Below are positions 9,699 through 18,987 of a stretch of DNA of 64,000 bases, in pieces. Source of the DNA: a virus; IMG/VR virus record IMGVR_UViG_3300028840_002073, positions 2,783 to 66,782 of that record; one strand, given 5' to 3'. Within the stretch, counting starts at the first letter, position 1; every line of letters begins with the position of its first letter. The position numbers and the translations under genes were made by a program. The notes beneath the pieces were generated by a model that made no database searches, was not told where the DNA came from, and saw only the letters and a list, made by a program, of their open reading frames with translations.

Positions 9699-12476
9699 CT
9701 ACGCGGCCGGCGGCGCGGGCTCTGGCGCGGGCTCTGCCCCCCCCGCGGCCGGTTCGCCCCCGGCGGGAGCCCCCATCGGCGCACCCTGCTCCATGACACT
9801 CAGCCTGTACGACTCGATCACGGCTCGCATCTCCATGAGCTTCTGGAGCTCGACGAGCCGCTTGGCCTCCACTCCGAGACGCTTCCCGGAGTCCTTCTCC
9901 CCGGTGACCGCCCGCATCGCCGGACGGAGGGTCGGGAGCATCCGCATCCAGACCTCCATGATGCGAAGGTGCATCGCCTCGGGGAGGAACCCGCCATCGG
10001 GCGGCGGCGGGAACTCCTCCATGATGGGCTTGTGCGGCGGCTCGGGCAGATCCATCGGCTCGGCACCAGGGGGCGCCGACTGCAACGCCTCGGAGTGGCT
10101 CTCGGCGGCCTTCTGGTAGTCCGCCGTGGCGGCCTCGACGAGCTCCTTGCCCTCCTCGTAGATCGTCCCCCACTCGCCGGGGTCCGCGGGTCCGTAGATC
10201 GGCTTCTGCGCGATCTCCTGGAGCTCGATCTGCCCCTTGAACTCCTCCCAGTTGGCGAGCTGCGGGATGACCTCGTCCCATTGGGCCTGGCGCTGCATGA
10301 TGATGCACTCGTCCGAGAACCACCGCTTCGCCAGGACTGCGTACCAGATGACGGGATGCTCGATCGTCGGATCCGGAGTGTGGATGCTGTCCTCGTGGAC
10401 GAAGTCGCTCCACGCCTCCTCGGCGCGGGTGACCTGGAGGTGGTCCCTCTCGTTCAGGTCCTTCGGGAGCCGCATCAGCTCGAGGATGCGGTCGACCTGG
10501 TCGGGCGAGGACGGCATGACGATCCCAAGCTGCATGGCCTCGGCGGTGGCCTCCTTGTTGTAGAGGGTCTGGTCGTAGCCTGCCCTGGCGGTGAGCTTCA
10601 CGCGCATCGTCCCGAGAAGGTCGGTGCCGGTGTAGGACTTCTTCTCGTAGACCCCACCGTCCCGCTGGATCTCGTAGGTGGCGTCCTCCTTGCGGAAGCC
10701 CCACGCCATGCCCAGGACGTGCTCGAAGGCAGACTCGAACATCCTCGTCAGCGACCGTTCGCGGGGCCCGCGCTTCTGGCCCGCCTCCTCCGAGAGGAGC
10801 ATCAGGCCGGAGGTGGTCTTCACGGATCCGGGAGACTGGCCGACCTCGATGTCCTGGGGGGCCCCCACCATCTGGGCGTCACGCAGCGTGTTGTCCCGCT
10901 CCGTCATGTACGGGCTGCCGGCGATGGCCTGGCCCGGGTAGAGGCCAGCCTGCGGGGTCCAGTTCGGGTCGACCGGGTCGTAGTAGATACAGGTGAACGA
11001 CCCCTGCACGTCGTCTCGGGTGTAGAGCGTCGTCCCCTCGGGCAGCCACATATTCGGCTTGCCCCGCTCGCGGATGTCCACCATCTGCGCGTCCAGCTCG
11101 TTGAGGCGGCGCTGGATCGGCACCAGGTCGTCCACGACCGTGCGGGCCCAGAAGTTCTTGGGCCACCGCTTGAACCGGGCAAAGTGGTACTTCACCCGCG
11201 CGATCTTCTGGGGGCCGTCCTCGCCCTCGACCTCGACCATCAAGGGCTTCTTCGTGATCTGCTCGCCCACCGAGGCGAAGACCGCGCCCTGCTCTAGGCC
11301 GGGGATGTGCGGCTGGGGCTGGACGATGACCTCCCGCAGCTTCGCGTGGTTGTAGTAGGACTCGTACCCCGTCGAGAGGTTGTAGCCCATGTAGCCCGAC
11401 AGGAGCGGCTCGGAGTAGATCGGGTTGTACCGGATCAGCTCTCGCGGCTCCTCGGGCCGGAGCTTGTCGGCGAACTCCGGGTAGCGGAGGGCGATGTACT
11501 CGAGGGACCGGATCGAAGTCTGCTGGTTGATGGTCTGCTCGTGGGGCTCGACGTTGATGCCACCGTTCTCGGGGAAGTACTCGTGGAGGGACACGACCTC
11601 GATGGCCGACTCCCCGGTGGGCACGAACATCCCGAGTTGCCGGCCGAAGGCGTCCTTCTCCGAGGCCTCGGACTCGTTGATCGGGTAGGACGAGAGCTCG
11701 TGGACCTCCTGGCAGAAGGGGCAGTTCCGCAACTCGACCATCTTGATCCCGCGCGGGTGGAGGGCCGAGGCCTCACCCGACTTGGGATCGACGTCCATGA
11801 GCGTCTCCTTGTGCATGAGATCCATGGGCCCGTTCGGTGTGGGCGCACCCACGGTGGCGAAGGCCCGGGGGACCTGGCGCGACGCGAACCGGGCGCCGCA
11901 CCCGGGACAGGTGGCTGTCTCTCCGGAGGAGATGAGCGACACCTCCGTGTCGTTCTCGTCCCACCAGGTCCGCAGGATCGAGACGGCGTCGATCAGCAGA
12001 TTGAAGCTCAGGTCCTCCCGCTTCTGCTCCCACAGCACCTTGCCCGTCTCCCACTTCAGGATGTCGGTGGCCAGGCGCGCCGCGGCCATCCACTCGGGCT
12101 GGTTCTTCCCGGGCTCGGCCTCGGGGACGAACTCCTTGCGGCCCAGGCGGGCGATCTCGTTGTCCACGGTGGGCGAGATGATGTTGGTGACCGGCCGGGG
12201 GAAGGCGGCGACGCTGTTCCGGTAGACCTCACGGAAGTGGTAGACCCCGTTCCCGGGGGCCAGCTCGGCCCTCGCCTCGATCCACTGCCGGCCGAGGTAG
12301 AACCAGAGATTCAGGGCGGCCCGCTGGGTGTGGTAGCGGCGGCGGTGCGACATGATGTTCATGTGCCGCTCCATCCATCCCCGCACGTCCTCGTCGCTGG
12401 AGTTCAGCGTCGGGAGGGCGAGCCAGGTGTCCTTCTGCTTCGCCGGCTGGATGGACGTCGCCGCTTGGGTCATCAC
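9699..12476 (-). CDS. Portal protein (P22-like) with Zn-ribbon insertion
   Basis: 925 aa downstream of TerL; FYLG.QW, VTN.I.P.V, L.PIQRR.N..., TTSG..LL.E motifs of P22-type portals; CPGC...CPFC insert. Confidence 0.8.
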   Translation of the reverse strand: MMTQAATSIQPAKQKDTWLALPTLNSSDEDVRGWMERHMNIMSHRRRYHTQRAALNLWFYLGRQWIEARAELAPGNGVYHFREVYRNSVAAFPRPVTNIISPTVDNEIARLGRKEFVPEAEPGKNQPEWMAAARLATDILKWETGKVLWEQKREDLSFNLLIDAVSILRTWWDENDTEVSLISSGETATCPGCGARFASRQVPRAFATVGAPTPNGPMDLMHKETLMDVDPKSGEASALHPRGIKMVELRNCPFCQEVHELSSYPINESEASEKDAFGRQLGMFVPTGESAIEVVSLHEYFPENGGINVEPHEQTINQQTSIRSLEYIALRYPEFADKLRPEEPRELIRYNPIYSEPLLSGYMGYNLSTGYESYYNHAKLREVIVQPQPHIPGLEQGAVFASVGEQITKKPLMVEVEGEDGPQKIARVKYHFARFKRWPKNFWARTVVDDLVPIQRRLNELDAQMVDIRERGKPNMWLPEGTTLYTRDDVQGSFTCIYYDPVDPNWTPQAGLYPGQAIAGSPYMTERDNTLRDAQMVGAPQDIEVGQSPGSVKTTSGLMLLSEEAGQKRGPRERSLTRMFESAFEHVLGMAWGFRKEDATYEIQRDGGVYEKKSYTGTDLLGTMRVKLTARAGYDQTLYNKEATAEAMQLGIVMPSSPDQVDRILELMRLPKDLNERDHLQVTRAEEAWSDFVHEDSIHTPDPTIEHPVIWYAVLAKRWFSDECIIMQRQAQWDEVIPQLANWEEFKGQIELQEIAQKPIYGPADPGEWGTIYEEGKELVEAATADYQKAAESHSEALQSAPPGAEPMDLPEPPHKPIMEEFPPPPDGGFLPEAMHLRIMEVWMRMLPTLRPAMRAVTGEKDSGKRLGVEAKRLVELQKLMEMRAVIESYRLSVMEQGAPMGAPAGGEPAAGGAEPAPEPAPPAA

Positions 12477-12733
12477 TCAACCTCGATTGCGGGCTTTCCC
12501 GGCGGGCGCTCGTAGCCCGGGTACTGAGGCAGCGGAACGGAGGGAGGAACCACCTTCGCCGGGTCGATGGGCCGCGGCGGCCGGAGGCGGCGGTCGATTC
12601 CCGGGTCGGCGATCTCCGTGAGCCGCTTCGTCAGCGTCTCGTTCTGCCGGTGAACCTGCTCGAGCTCGGCCCGGAGGTGGGTGATCTCCTCCCGCCTGGC
12701 CTCGCATCCTTCGCACTTCTTGAACCAGCCCAT
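12473..12733 (-). CDS. Hypothetical protein (CxxC plus coiled coil)
   Basis: 86 aa between TerL and portal. Confidence 0.65.
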   Translation of the reverse strand: MGWFKKCEGCEARREEITHLRAELEQVHRQNETLTKRLTEIADPGIDRRLRPPRPIDPAKVVPPSVPLPQYPGYERPPGKPAIEVE

Positions 12734-12743
12734 CCCTTCCCCC

Positions 12744-14261
12744 CTACTGCAAGCCCGGAAACTGCATCTGCCGCGGGTCGTGCTTCTGCGCCGCGGCGAT
12801 CTTGCCCTGGATCTTCTCGCGGAGCTCGTGGGCCAGGAGCTCCTTGTTGTTCGTCGGCAGGGCCTCGGCGGCGATCCGCTCCTGGGTGTTCTCCCAGCCC
12901 CAGGACCTCGGCATCAGGTGGGTGATCGCCTGGACCATGGCGTCCACCATGTCGTCGTGCGTCCCGTGCGGGAACTGCGCCGCCTCGTCCACCAGCGTGG
13001 CCGCCCAGGACACCCCGCGGGGCAGCCAGGCCTGGCCGCGCTCGATGACGGCGGCCACGGAGTTCACGCCCCAGTGGAGCCGCGTCTCCTTCGACTTGCC
13101 CTTGGTCCCGACCGGGGTGATTCCTCGCATCTCGCGCTGGAGGAGCTGGATGATGGCGAAGCCGGAGGCCGACCGCTCGATGAGCTTCGTCCTGGCCTGC
13201 GGGTACTGCTCGCAGATTTGCTTGATGGCGCGGATCGTCTCCGGCGTGTCGAGGCGCTGGCGCACACAGTCGAGGGCGTAGAAGTCCCGGCCCAGCCGGC
13301 CCCACACCTGGCCGACGACGTAGTCCGAGGAGTCGGCGTTGTCGAAGGTGGGGTCCCAGCTCTGGATGATCTGGTCGAACTCGTCCAGCTTCGGGGCGGT
13401 GTCGTACCACTTCCACCAGAGCCGCTTGATGCCGGCGCCCTCGGGCGGCGACGGGTTCTGCTGGTACAGGGACTCGAAGACGCGCGAGCCCATCTGCGCC
13501 CGCTTGTTCTCGAGTTCGACCTCATCGAAGCGATCCGGCCAGAGGGCCTCGCCCTCCTCCCGTCCCAGCGGGTCCTCGTGCCCGGCCAGGGCGGCGAGGT
13601 TGAGGATGCGCCAGTACTTCGCCTCGGGGCTGGCGAGGATGCGCCCGGCCAGGTCGTCCTCGTGCCACCGGGTCAGGATGAGGATGAGGACGGCTTGGGG
13701 CTCCTCGCGCGAGAGGAAGGTGCTCTGCCACCACTCCCAGAGGTTCTCGCGCATCCGTTCGGAGGCGGCCTCCTCGGCGTTCTTGATCGGGTCGTCGATG
13801 ATGCCGAGCTTGAAGCCCTTACCGGTGATCGGCCCGCCGACGCCGGCCGTCGTCATCCCGCCCCGCTGCGGTGTCTCCCATCGGTGGGCGGCCCGGGAGT
13901 CCTCGACTATCTTCGTGCCGAGGATCGGGTAGAGCTCCTCGGTGGTCCGGCGGGCCAGGCGGCCCCACTTCGCGGCGAACTCTGCCTCGTAGCTGCAGAG
14001 GATGATCGGGGTGGACGGGTCCAGGGAGAGGGCCCAGACCGGAGTCCAATGGGAGCACAGCTCGCTCTTGCCGTGCCGCGGGGGCATGGTCACCATGAGC
14101 CGGCGGGGGTGGCCGGGGCGGCGGGCGACCAGGTCGACTATCTCCTGGGAGAGGAGCTCGAGGTGTGGCGCGTGAACGTAGGGCCGGGGCATGTTGCGCG
14201 TCGCCGTGGTGGCGAGCGCCAGGGGGCTCAGGAGGTGAGCGTAGTCAGTTTCGTGAATCAT
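12744..14261 (-). CDS. terL: Terminase large subunit
   Basis: Walker A PPRHGKS, Walker B IIDDP, TRWHEDDL, RNase H-like SWD and FPHGTHDDMVDA. Confidence 0.95.
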   Translation of the reverse strand: MIHETDYAHLLSPLALATTATRNMPRPYVHAPHLELLSQEIVDLVARRPGHPRRLMVTMPPRHGKSELCSHWTPVWALSLDPSTPIILCSYEAEFAAKWGRLARRTTEELYPILGTKIVEDSRAAHRWETPQRGGMTTAGVGGPITGKGFKLGIIDDPIKNAEEAASERMRENLWEWWQSTFLSREEPQAVLILILTRWHEDDLAGRILASPEAKYWRILNLAALAGHEDPLGREEGEALWPDRFDEVELENKRAQMGSRVFESLYQQNPSPPEGAGIKRLWWKWYDTAPKLDEFDQIIQSWDPTFDNADSSDYVVGQVWGRLGRDFYALDCVRQRLDTPETIRAIKQICEQYPQARTKLIERSASGFAIIQLLQREMRGITPVGTKGKSKETRLHWGVNSVAAVIERGQAWLPRGVSWAATLVDEAAQFPHGTHDDMVDAMVQAITHLMPRSWGWENTQERIAAEALPTNNKELLAHELREKIQGKIAAAQKHDPRQMQFPGLQ

Positions 14262-14670
14262 CGAGTCGTCCGGGTGCGGGCAGCTCCGTCAGGCGGCGGC
14301 TGGAGCGGCCCACGGCGATGTCCAGAACCTTCCCGTCCTTCTTCCCCTCTGCGATGATCTCCTTGACCTCCTTGCGGATGTCCTCGAACCTCTGGCGCTC
14401 CGCTTCCTCGTCGGCCCGGTCGGGCTTGGGGTCGCCGTAGCCGTAGCGGTAGAGCCAGGCCTCGATGGCGCCGGCCTCCCCGGCGATGAGCCGGTCGCGC
14501 AGGGCCTCGATGTAGCTGGCGTCCTCCAGGAGCTCGCGGGCCCGCGCCTTGATCGGGCGGTTGTACTCGCGGGTCTTCGTGACGATCTTCCCGTCTGGGT
14601 TGTCGTCGCCGCCGGGGCGGTTCTTCTTCAGGTTGCGCTCTCGCTTGCGCTGCCCCGGAGTCTTATGCAA
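14245..14670 (-). CDS. Putative terminase small subunit
   Basis: Overlaps the terL start; NP.G and AIEAWLYRYGYG.P pattern seen in small terminases. Confidence 0.6.
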   Translation of the reverse strand: MHKTPGQRKRERNLKKNRPGGDDNPDGKIVTKTREYNRPIKARARELLEDASYIEALRDRLIAGEAGAIEAWLYRYGYGDPKPDRADEEAERQRFEDIRKEVKEIIAEGKKDGKVLDIAVGRSSRRLTELPAPGRLDDSRN

Positions 14671-14878
14671 AGCAGTGCCCCATCAGGAATCCGGAGATGA
14701 GAGCCAGCAGCAGCCACGGCCAGGGGAGCTGCTTCACGTACTTCTGGAGAACCGCGGTGATGTGGTTGTCCGGCGTCTCGTCGTTCAAGGTCTTGATCTC
14801 GATGCCCAGGAGGGCGGCGCCCCAGGCCACGGTGGCTCCGATGACCCAGAGCAAGGTCTTCTTCTGCGCGCTGCTCAC
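14663..14878 (-). CDS. Small two-TM membrane protein
   Basis: GTGA-coupled; two hydrophobic stretches (LLWVIGATVAWGAALLG; WLLLALISGFLMGHCF). Confidence 0.6.
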   Translation of the reverse strand: MSSAQKKTLLWVIGATVAWGAALLGIEIKTLNDETPDNHITAVLQKYVKQLPWPWLLLALISGFLMGHCFA

Positions 14879-15189
14879 TCCAGGCCTCCGTCGCTGTGGC
14901 ACTCCTCGAGCACCTTCTCGAAGTCCTCGGGGTCCCGGTACATCTCCAGGGCGGTGTCGCACGCGGCCTCGCGGGCCACGTAGTCCTGTAGCGTCTCGTA
15001 GGTGGTGTCGAGGATGCGCTCGGCGCGAACGCCCTCGGTGGCCGCGCTCTCGGCGGCCCGGAGCTCACCGGTCACGGAGTCCTCGAGACTGCCGGCGCCG
15101 AAGGATCCGGCGATGGCGATGACCAGGACGACGAGCTTGCGGATGACCGGGAGCCACTCGGCGAGCTCGAACTTGGGTGCCGCTTCCAC
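14875..15189 (-). CDS. Membrane-anchored hypothetical protein
   Basis: 104 aa, N-terminal TM segment then helical domain with two Cys. Confidence 0.6.
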   Translation of the reverse strand: MEAAPKFELAEWLPVIRKLVVLVIAIAGSFGAGSLEDSVTGELRAAESAATEGVRAERILDTTYETLQDYVAREAACDTALEMYRDPEDFEKVLEECHSDGGLE

Positions 15190-15190
15190 G

Positions 15191-16477
15191 TCAACGCACT
15201 CCCTCCGCTTCGGCCGTGGAGCCGAGAGCGGAGCACCAGGTCTTCCAATGCCCTCTGCAGTTGCTCTGTGCCGGGTTCCCTCGCCAGCCGGGGACCGGCT
15301 CTCCGTTGCACTCCCACTTCTGGTCGCAGAGCTCGGCCTCGCAGGGCTCTCGCTCCTCGTGGCCCTCGGGCCTGACCGGGCAGCCGCCCCTGGCGATGCA
15401 CCCCGGCGCCCCGCACGGGCCCGTGCCCGGCATACAGCACATCCCGATCTCGGCGCAGTACTCGGGCTGGCCCACCGTGATCCAGGTGCAGTCGAGGATG
15501 CCGTTGTGCTCGCCGCAGTTGAACTTCATGCGGGTCAGGTCCGGGTGCGGCGCTCCGCACTGTCCAGGCGGGACCTCGCCGCAGTCCACGTACCAGCCGT
15601 CCTGGTTCGCGTGCGGCGCCCAGATGACCTTGCCGCCGCCGTAGTTGTAGACCTTGTAGTTCTCGTGCTTCCGGCCGTCGCAGAAGTCGGTGCCCTTCAC
15701 GCTGATCTGGTCGCTGGCCCCAGGTGGGGTAGCCTTGTGGCGGCCAGCGCAGAGGCCCAGCTCGCGCAGCTTGTCCTCGACCATGCCCATCCAGATGTCA
15801 GGGTGGAACGTGACCGGGCAGTCACTCCCGACAGCGCAGCCGGTGAGCTCGGCCATGACCTTGTTGACCGCGGACCCGAAGGTGCCGGGGTTGCTCGTGC
15901 CGGTGAAGGCGTCCTCGGGGAGGCCCTGGGGGAAGGAGCATCCCTCCGGCGGTGGGTCGACCTCGCAGGGCTCCCAGACGTCGCCCACGTAGCAGTCGCA
16001 GTCCCTCACCCGCACCGTCCCGCCGCGATCCGTGAACGTCTCGCACTGGGGCTGCGGGAGCGGGTCCTGGCAGGGGATGGCCTCCTCGCAGTAGTAGGGG
16101 TCGTCCGAGGGGTTCGTCTTGCACGGCGACTCGGGGCTCGAGCACTTCTGCCCCACCTCGTTGCACCAGGGCCAGTCCGGGTAGGGGCAGTTGTCCTGGT
16201 GGCAGATCAGGTCGGGGCCGCACACCTGGCCCTCGGGGCACCCGACGTCGGCGCACGTCGCCGGCCGGCAGGACCCGTCGTCGCAGACCTCGCCCTCGGG
16301 ACAACCAGTCTCCTCGCAGGGCGGGATCTCGACGCAGGCGTAGGTGCCGTCCTCCTGCTCCTCGCACTGGAAGCCCGCGCCGCAGCCGAACAGCCGGCAG
16401 TCCTGGGGGATGGGCGGCAGGTTGCCTCCGCAGGAGACAATGAGGGCAAGACCGAGGACGATAGACAGAGTTCTCAT
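15191..16477 (-). CDS. Cys-rich lipoprotein
   Basis: Signal peptide with lipobox-like LIVS-C; dozens of Cys in C-x3-C-P-x-G-x2-C repeats. Confidence 0.8.
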   Translation of the reverse strand: MRTLSIVLGLALIVSCGGNLPPIPQDCRLFGCGAGFQCEEQEDGTYACVEIPPCEETGCPEGEVCDDGSCRPATCADVGCPEGQVCGPDLICHQDNCPYPDWPWCNEVGQKCSSPESPCKTNPSDDPYYCEEAIPCQDPLPQPQCETFTDRGGTVRVRDCDCYVGDVWEPCEVDPPPEGCSFPQGLPEDAFTGTSNPGTFGSAVNKVMAELTGCAVGSDCPVTFHPDIWMGMVEDKLRELGLCAGRHKATPPGASDQISVKGTDFCDGRKHENYKVYNYGGGKVIWAPHANQDGWYVDCGEVPPGQCGAPHPDLTRMKFNCGEHNGILDCTWITVGQPEYCAEIGMCCMPGTGPCGAPGCIARGGCPVRPEGHEEREPCEAELCDQKWECNGEPVPGWRGNPAQSNCRGHWKTWCSALGSTAEAEGVR

Positions 16478-16522
16478 GCGGCGACCCCCTCCCCCGGCCG
16501 GCTACCCGTCCCAGAGTGTCGA

Positions 16523-16538
16523 CCACAACATATTGTGG
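16523..16538. promoter_or_regulatory. 16-bp palindrome, NrdR-box-like
   Basis: CCACAACATATTGTGG, directly downstream of a minus-strand TTGACA (16544-16539). Confidence 0.5.
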
Positions 16539-16552
16539 TGTCAAGGAAATGC

Positions 16553-16582
16553 TTGACATACGCTGGCGCCAGCGTATAGATT
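16553..16582 (+). promoter_or_regulatory. Sigma70-type promoter of the recombination/replication operon with an overlapping operator
   Basis: TTGACA-18 nt-TAGATT; perfect 20-bp palindrome ATACGCTGGCGCCAGCGTAT at 16558-16577; ATG 7 nt after the -10 (possibly leaderless). Confidence 0.7.
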
Positions 16583-16589
16583 CCGAACC

Positions 16590-16919
16590 ATGGCTGAGTA
16601 CCCCGTTCACCCGAGGAAAACCGGTCGGCGATACGACCGACCCAAGAGCCGCAAGAAGGCAGAGAAGGCCGGATCCGTGCTTAGCCAGAGGCGAGCGAGC
16701 CGAGATGAGATGTCCGAGGCTGGCCGCACTCTGCACGAGCGGCGCTACTCTCTCATGACCAAGAAGCAGCGGACCGCGCAGGCCTCGAAGGCAGCGTCGG
16801 CCTATTGGGCCGGGATGTCCGAGGACGAGCGGAAGATCGAGATGCGTCGGCGGCACCGCGTCAAGCGCAAGCGGCGCATGGCCGCACGAATGGAGCGGAT
16901 CAAGAATCCGCAGAGCTGA
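16590..16919 (+). CDS. Highly basic hypothetical protein, possible regulator
   Basis: 109 aa R/K-rich; first gene after the operator-containing promoter. Confidence 0.6.
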   Translation: MAEYPVHPRKTGRRYDRPKSRKKAEKAGSVLSQRRASRDEMSEAGRTLHERRYSLMTKKQRTAQASKAASAYWAGMSEDERKIEMRRRHRVKRKRRMAARMERIKNPQS

Positions 16920-16939
16920 AGTGACCAAAGGGGGGAAGC

Positions 16940-17779
16940 GTGTCCAAACTCAAGCCCGGGGTGTATCACAACGTCGACTTCGACACCTACGCGGCGTGGC
17001 CGGCGGTGAACCACGGTCTGCTCCACCACTTCCGAAAGACCCCGGCCCACGCCCACTACGCCCGCACCCACGACGAGGAGTCGAAGGCAAAGGCCCTCGG
17101 CTGGCTCGTCCACCTGGCCGTCCTCGAGCCGGAGAAGTTCCGGGATGAGGTCGTCATCGCGCCGAAGGTGGACAAGCGCACGAAGGTGGGCAAGGCCGAG
17201 TGGGCCCGGTTCGAGAAGGCCTCCGAGGGCAAGTACATCGCCAGCCCCGACGACCATGAGGTGGCCCAGACGATCCTGCAGAACATCGAGGGCCACGCCT
17301 TCGCCCGGGAGCTGATCCGCGCCGAGGGAGCCCAGGAGCTCTCCATGGTCTGGAGGGACGAGGCTACCGGGGTCCTCTGCAAGGGACGCATCGACCGGCT
17401 GACCATGGTGTCCGACGCCCCCATCGTGGTGGACGTGAAGACGGTCGGAAAGCCGGCGAGCACCCACTCCTTTCAGCAGTCGGTCCAGGAGTACGGGTAT
17501 CACGACCAGGCCGCCTTCTACCTGATGGGCCTGATGAAGCTGGTGCCCCAGGAGGAGATCCCCAAGTTTGCGTGGGTCGCCTGCGAGACGAAGCCGCCCA
17601 ACCTCGTCCGGGTCTTCGAGGCCGAGGAGGAGGCCCTGGCGATCGGCGCCGACAACATGGCGAAGGCCCTCCGGACCTTCAAGGAGTGCGACGATTCAGG
17701 CTTCTGGCCCGGCTGGGGCGACGGAATGGACACCGCGGGCTTGCCGCCGTGGGTCTACAAGCGGTACGACGTCGAGTAG
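16940..17779 (+). CDS. RecE/exonuclease VIII-like PD-(D/E)XK nuclease (DUF3799-like)
   Basis: G...H.AVLEPE, CKGRID, DVKT, YGY..QAAFY motifs. Confidence 0.85.
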   Translation: MSKLKPGVYHNVDFDTYAAWPAVNHGLLHHFRKTPAHAHYARTHDEESKAKALGWLVHLAVLEPEKFRDEVVIAPKVDKRTKVGKAEWARFEKASEGKYIASPDDHEVAQTILQNIEGHAFARELIRAEGAQELSMVWRDEATGVLCKGRIDRLTMVSDAPIVVDVKTVGKPASTHSFQQSVQEYGYHDQAAFYLMGLMKLVPQEEIPKFAWVACETKPPNLVRVFEAEEEALAIGADNMAKALRTFKECDDSGFWPGWGDGMDTAGLPPWVYKRYDVE

Positions 17780-17790
17780 GGGGGGGAGAG

Positions 17791-18876
17791 ATGAGCGAGA
17801 GCAGCGATCCGCGCCAGCGGATTGGAGTTGACGACGAGGGTCGACCGCAGCTCCAGAACGTCGGCGACCTGATCCAGATGGCGACGTGGTGCTTCGAGTC
17901 GGGCTTTCTGCCCAACCACATCAAGAACGCCAAGCAGGCCTTCGCCATCATGCAGTACGGGGCCCAGATCGGGCTTCCGCCCTTCCCGGCCTGGCGGTTC
18001 ATCTACCAGACCAAGGGGGGCAAGCTCGCCATCGAGACGAAGGGGGCCCTGGCCGTCGTCCAGTCCAAGCCCACCTACGAGGACTACCAGGAGCGCATCG
18101 AGGGCACCGGGGAGGAGATGCGGGCGGTGGCGGTGGCCCAGCGGAAGGGGCACAAGCCGGTCATCAAGGAGTTCTCCTACGCCGACGCCCGCGCCGCCGG
18201 CCTCACCCGCCGGCCCAAGACGCGCGAGGGCCGGGAGTACGACGGGCCCTGGCAGGCGTACCTCAAGGACATGCTCCTCTCGAAGGCCCGCGAGCGGGCC
18301 CTGGGCATCGCCTTCGCCGCGGAGCTGGGGGGCATCCCCATCGAGGGCGTGGCCGAGGAGATCGAGGCCCGCCAGTCCCAGCGCGCCGGCGCCGCCCGGG
18401 ACCTGAAGAAGCACATGAGGGTGGTCGAGGGCGAGGTGGCCAGGGCCCTCCCGGAGGGGAAGCCCCGGGAGACGCTCGTGGACCTGATCCGCGGGAAGGA
18501 CGTCCAGGTGGTCGAGACACCCCCGCCCGAGGAGCGTCGTGTCTCAGCCTACAACCCGGAGGGGGTCGAGATCGGGTACACGGAGGAGGTCGTCAAGGAG
18601 GCGCCGCCGGCCGATCCCATCGAGCAGGTGATCTCCGATCAGGTGGACGAGGCCCTCGGGGACGGCCCCTCGAGCGTCACCTGCGAGGGCTGCGGGACCA
18701 TGTACCACATCGACCGGGAGGGGTGCCCGGAGTGCGGCGTCGCCAAGGGGGAGGGCCCGCCCCCGGCCGAGGCGCCCCCGGAGCCTGAGCCGGAGCCCGA
18801 GGGGTCGCCCTTCGCCCAGGCGCTCCGGCGGAAGGCCAAGACCCGGCAGGCCCAGATGTTCCAGGACGAGGAGTAG
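17791..18876 (+). CDS. RecT-like single-strand annealing protein
   Basis: Follows the RecE-like gene; G.QIGL.P, DA..AGL, W..Y.KDML..KA motifs; ATG at 17791 after a G-rich RBS. Confidence 0.7.
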   Translation: MSESSDPRQRIGVDDEGRPQLQNVGDLIQMATWCFESGFLPNHIKNAKQAFAIMQYGAQIGLPPFPAWRFIYQTKGGKLAIETKGALAVVQSKPTYEDYQERIEGTGEEMRAVAVAQRKGHKPVIKEFSYADARAAGLTRRPKTREGREYDGPWQAYLKDMLLSKARERALGIAFAAELGGIPIEGVAEEIEARQSQRAGAARDLKKHMRVVEGEVARALPEGKPRETLVDLIRGKDVQVVETPPPEERRVSAYNPEGVEIGYTEEVVKEAPPADPIEQVISDQVDEALGDGPSSVTCEGCGTMYHIDREGCPECGVAKGEGPPPAEAPPEPEPEPEGSPFAQALRRKAKTRQAQMFQDEE

Positions 18877-18883
18877 GGCCCCC

Positions 18884-18987
18884 GTGGCCCCCCTCCAGGA
18901 AGACGGCAGGGTGCGCCATCTCACCCGACAGGTTGGCTACCTGCCGCTCTCGCTCCGTGCTCTGTCGTCTTCCTCGAGGGGGGCCGC
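18884..18987 (+). promoter_or_regulatory. Long RNA hairpin sequestering the initiator RBS
   Basis: 32-nt arms 18884-18915 and 18956-18987 pair with one mismatch and five G.U wobbles on the + transcript. Confidence 0.65.
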
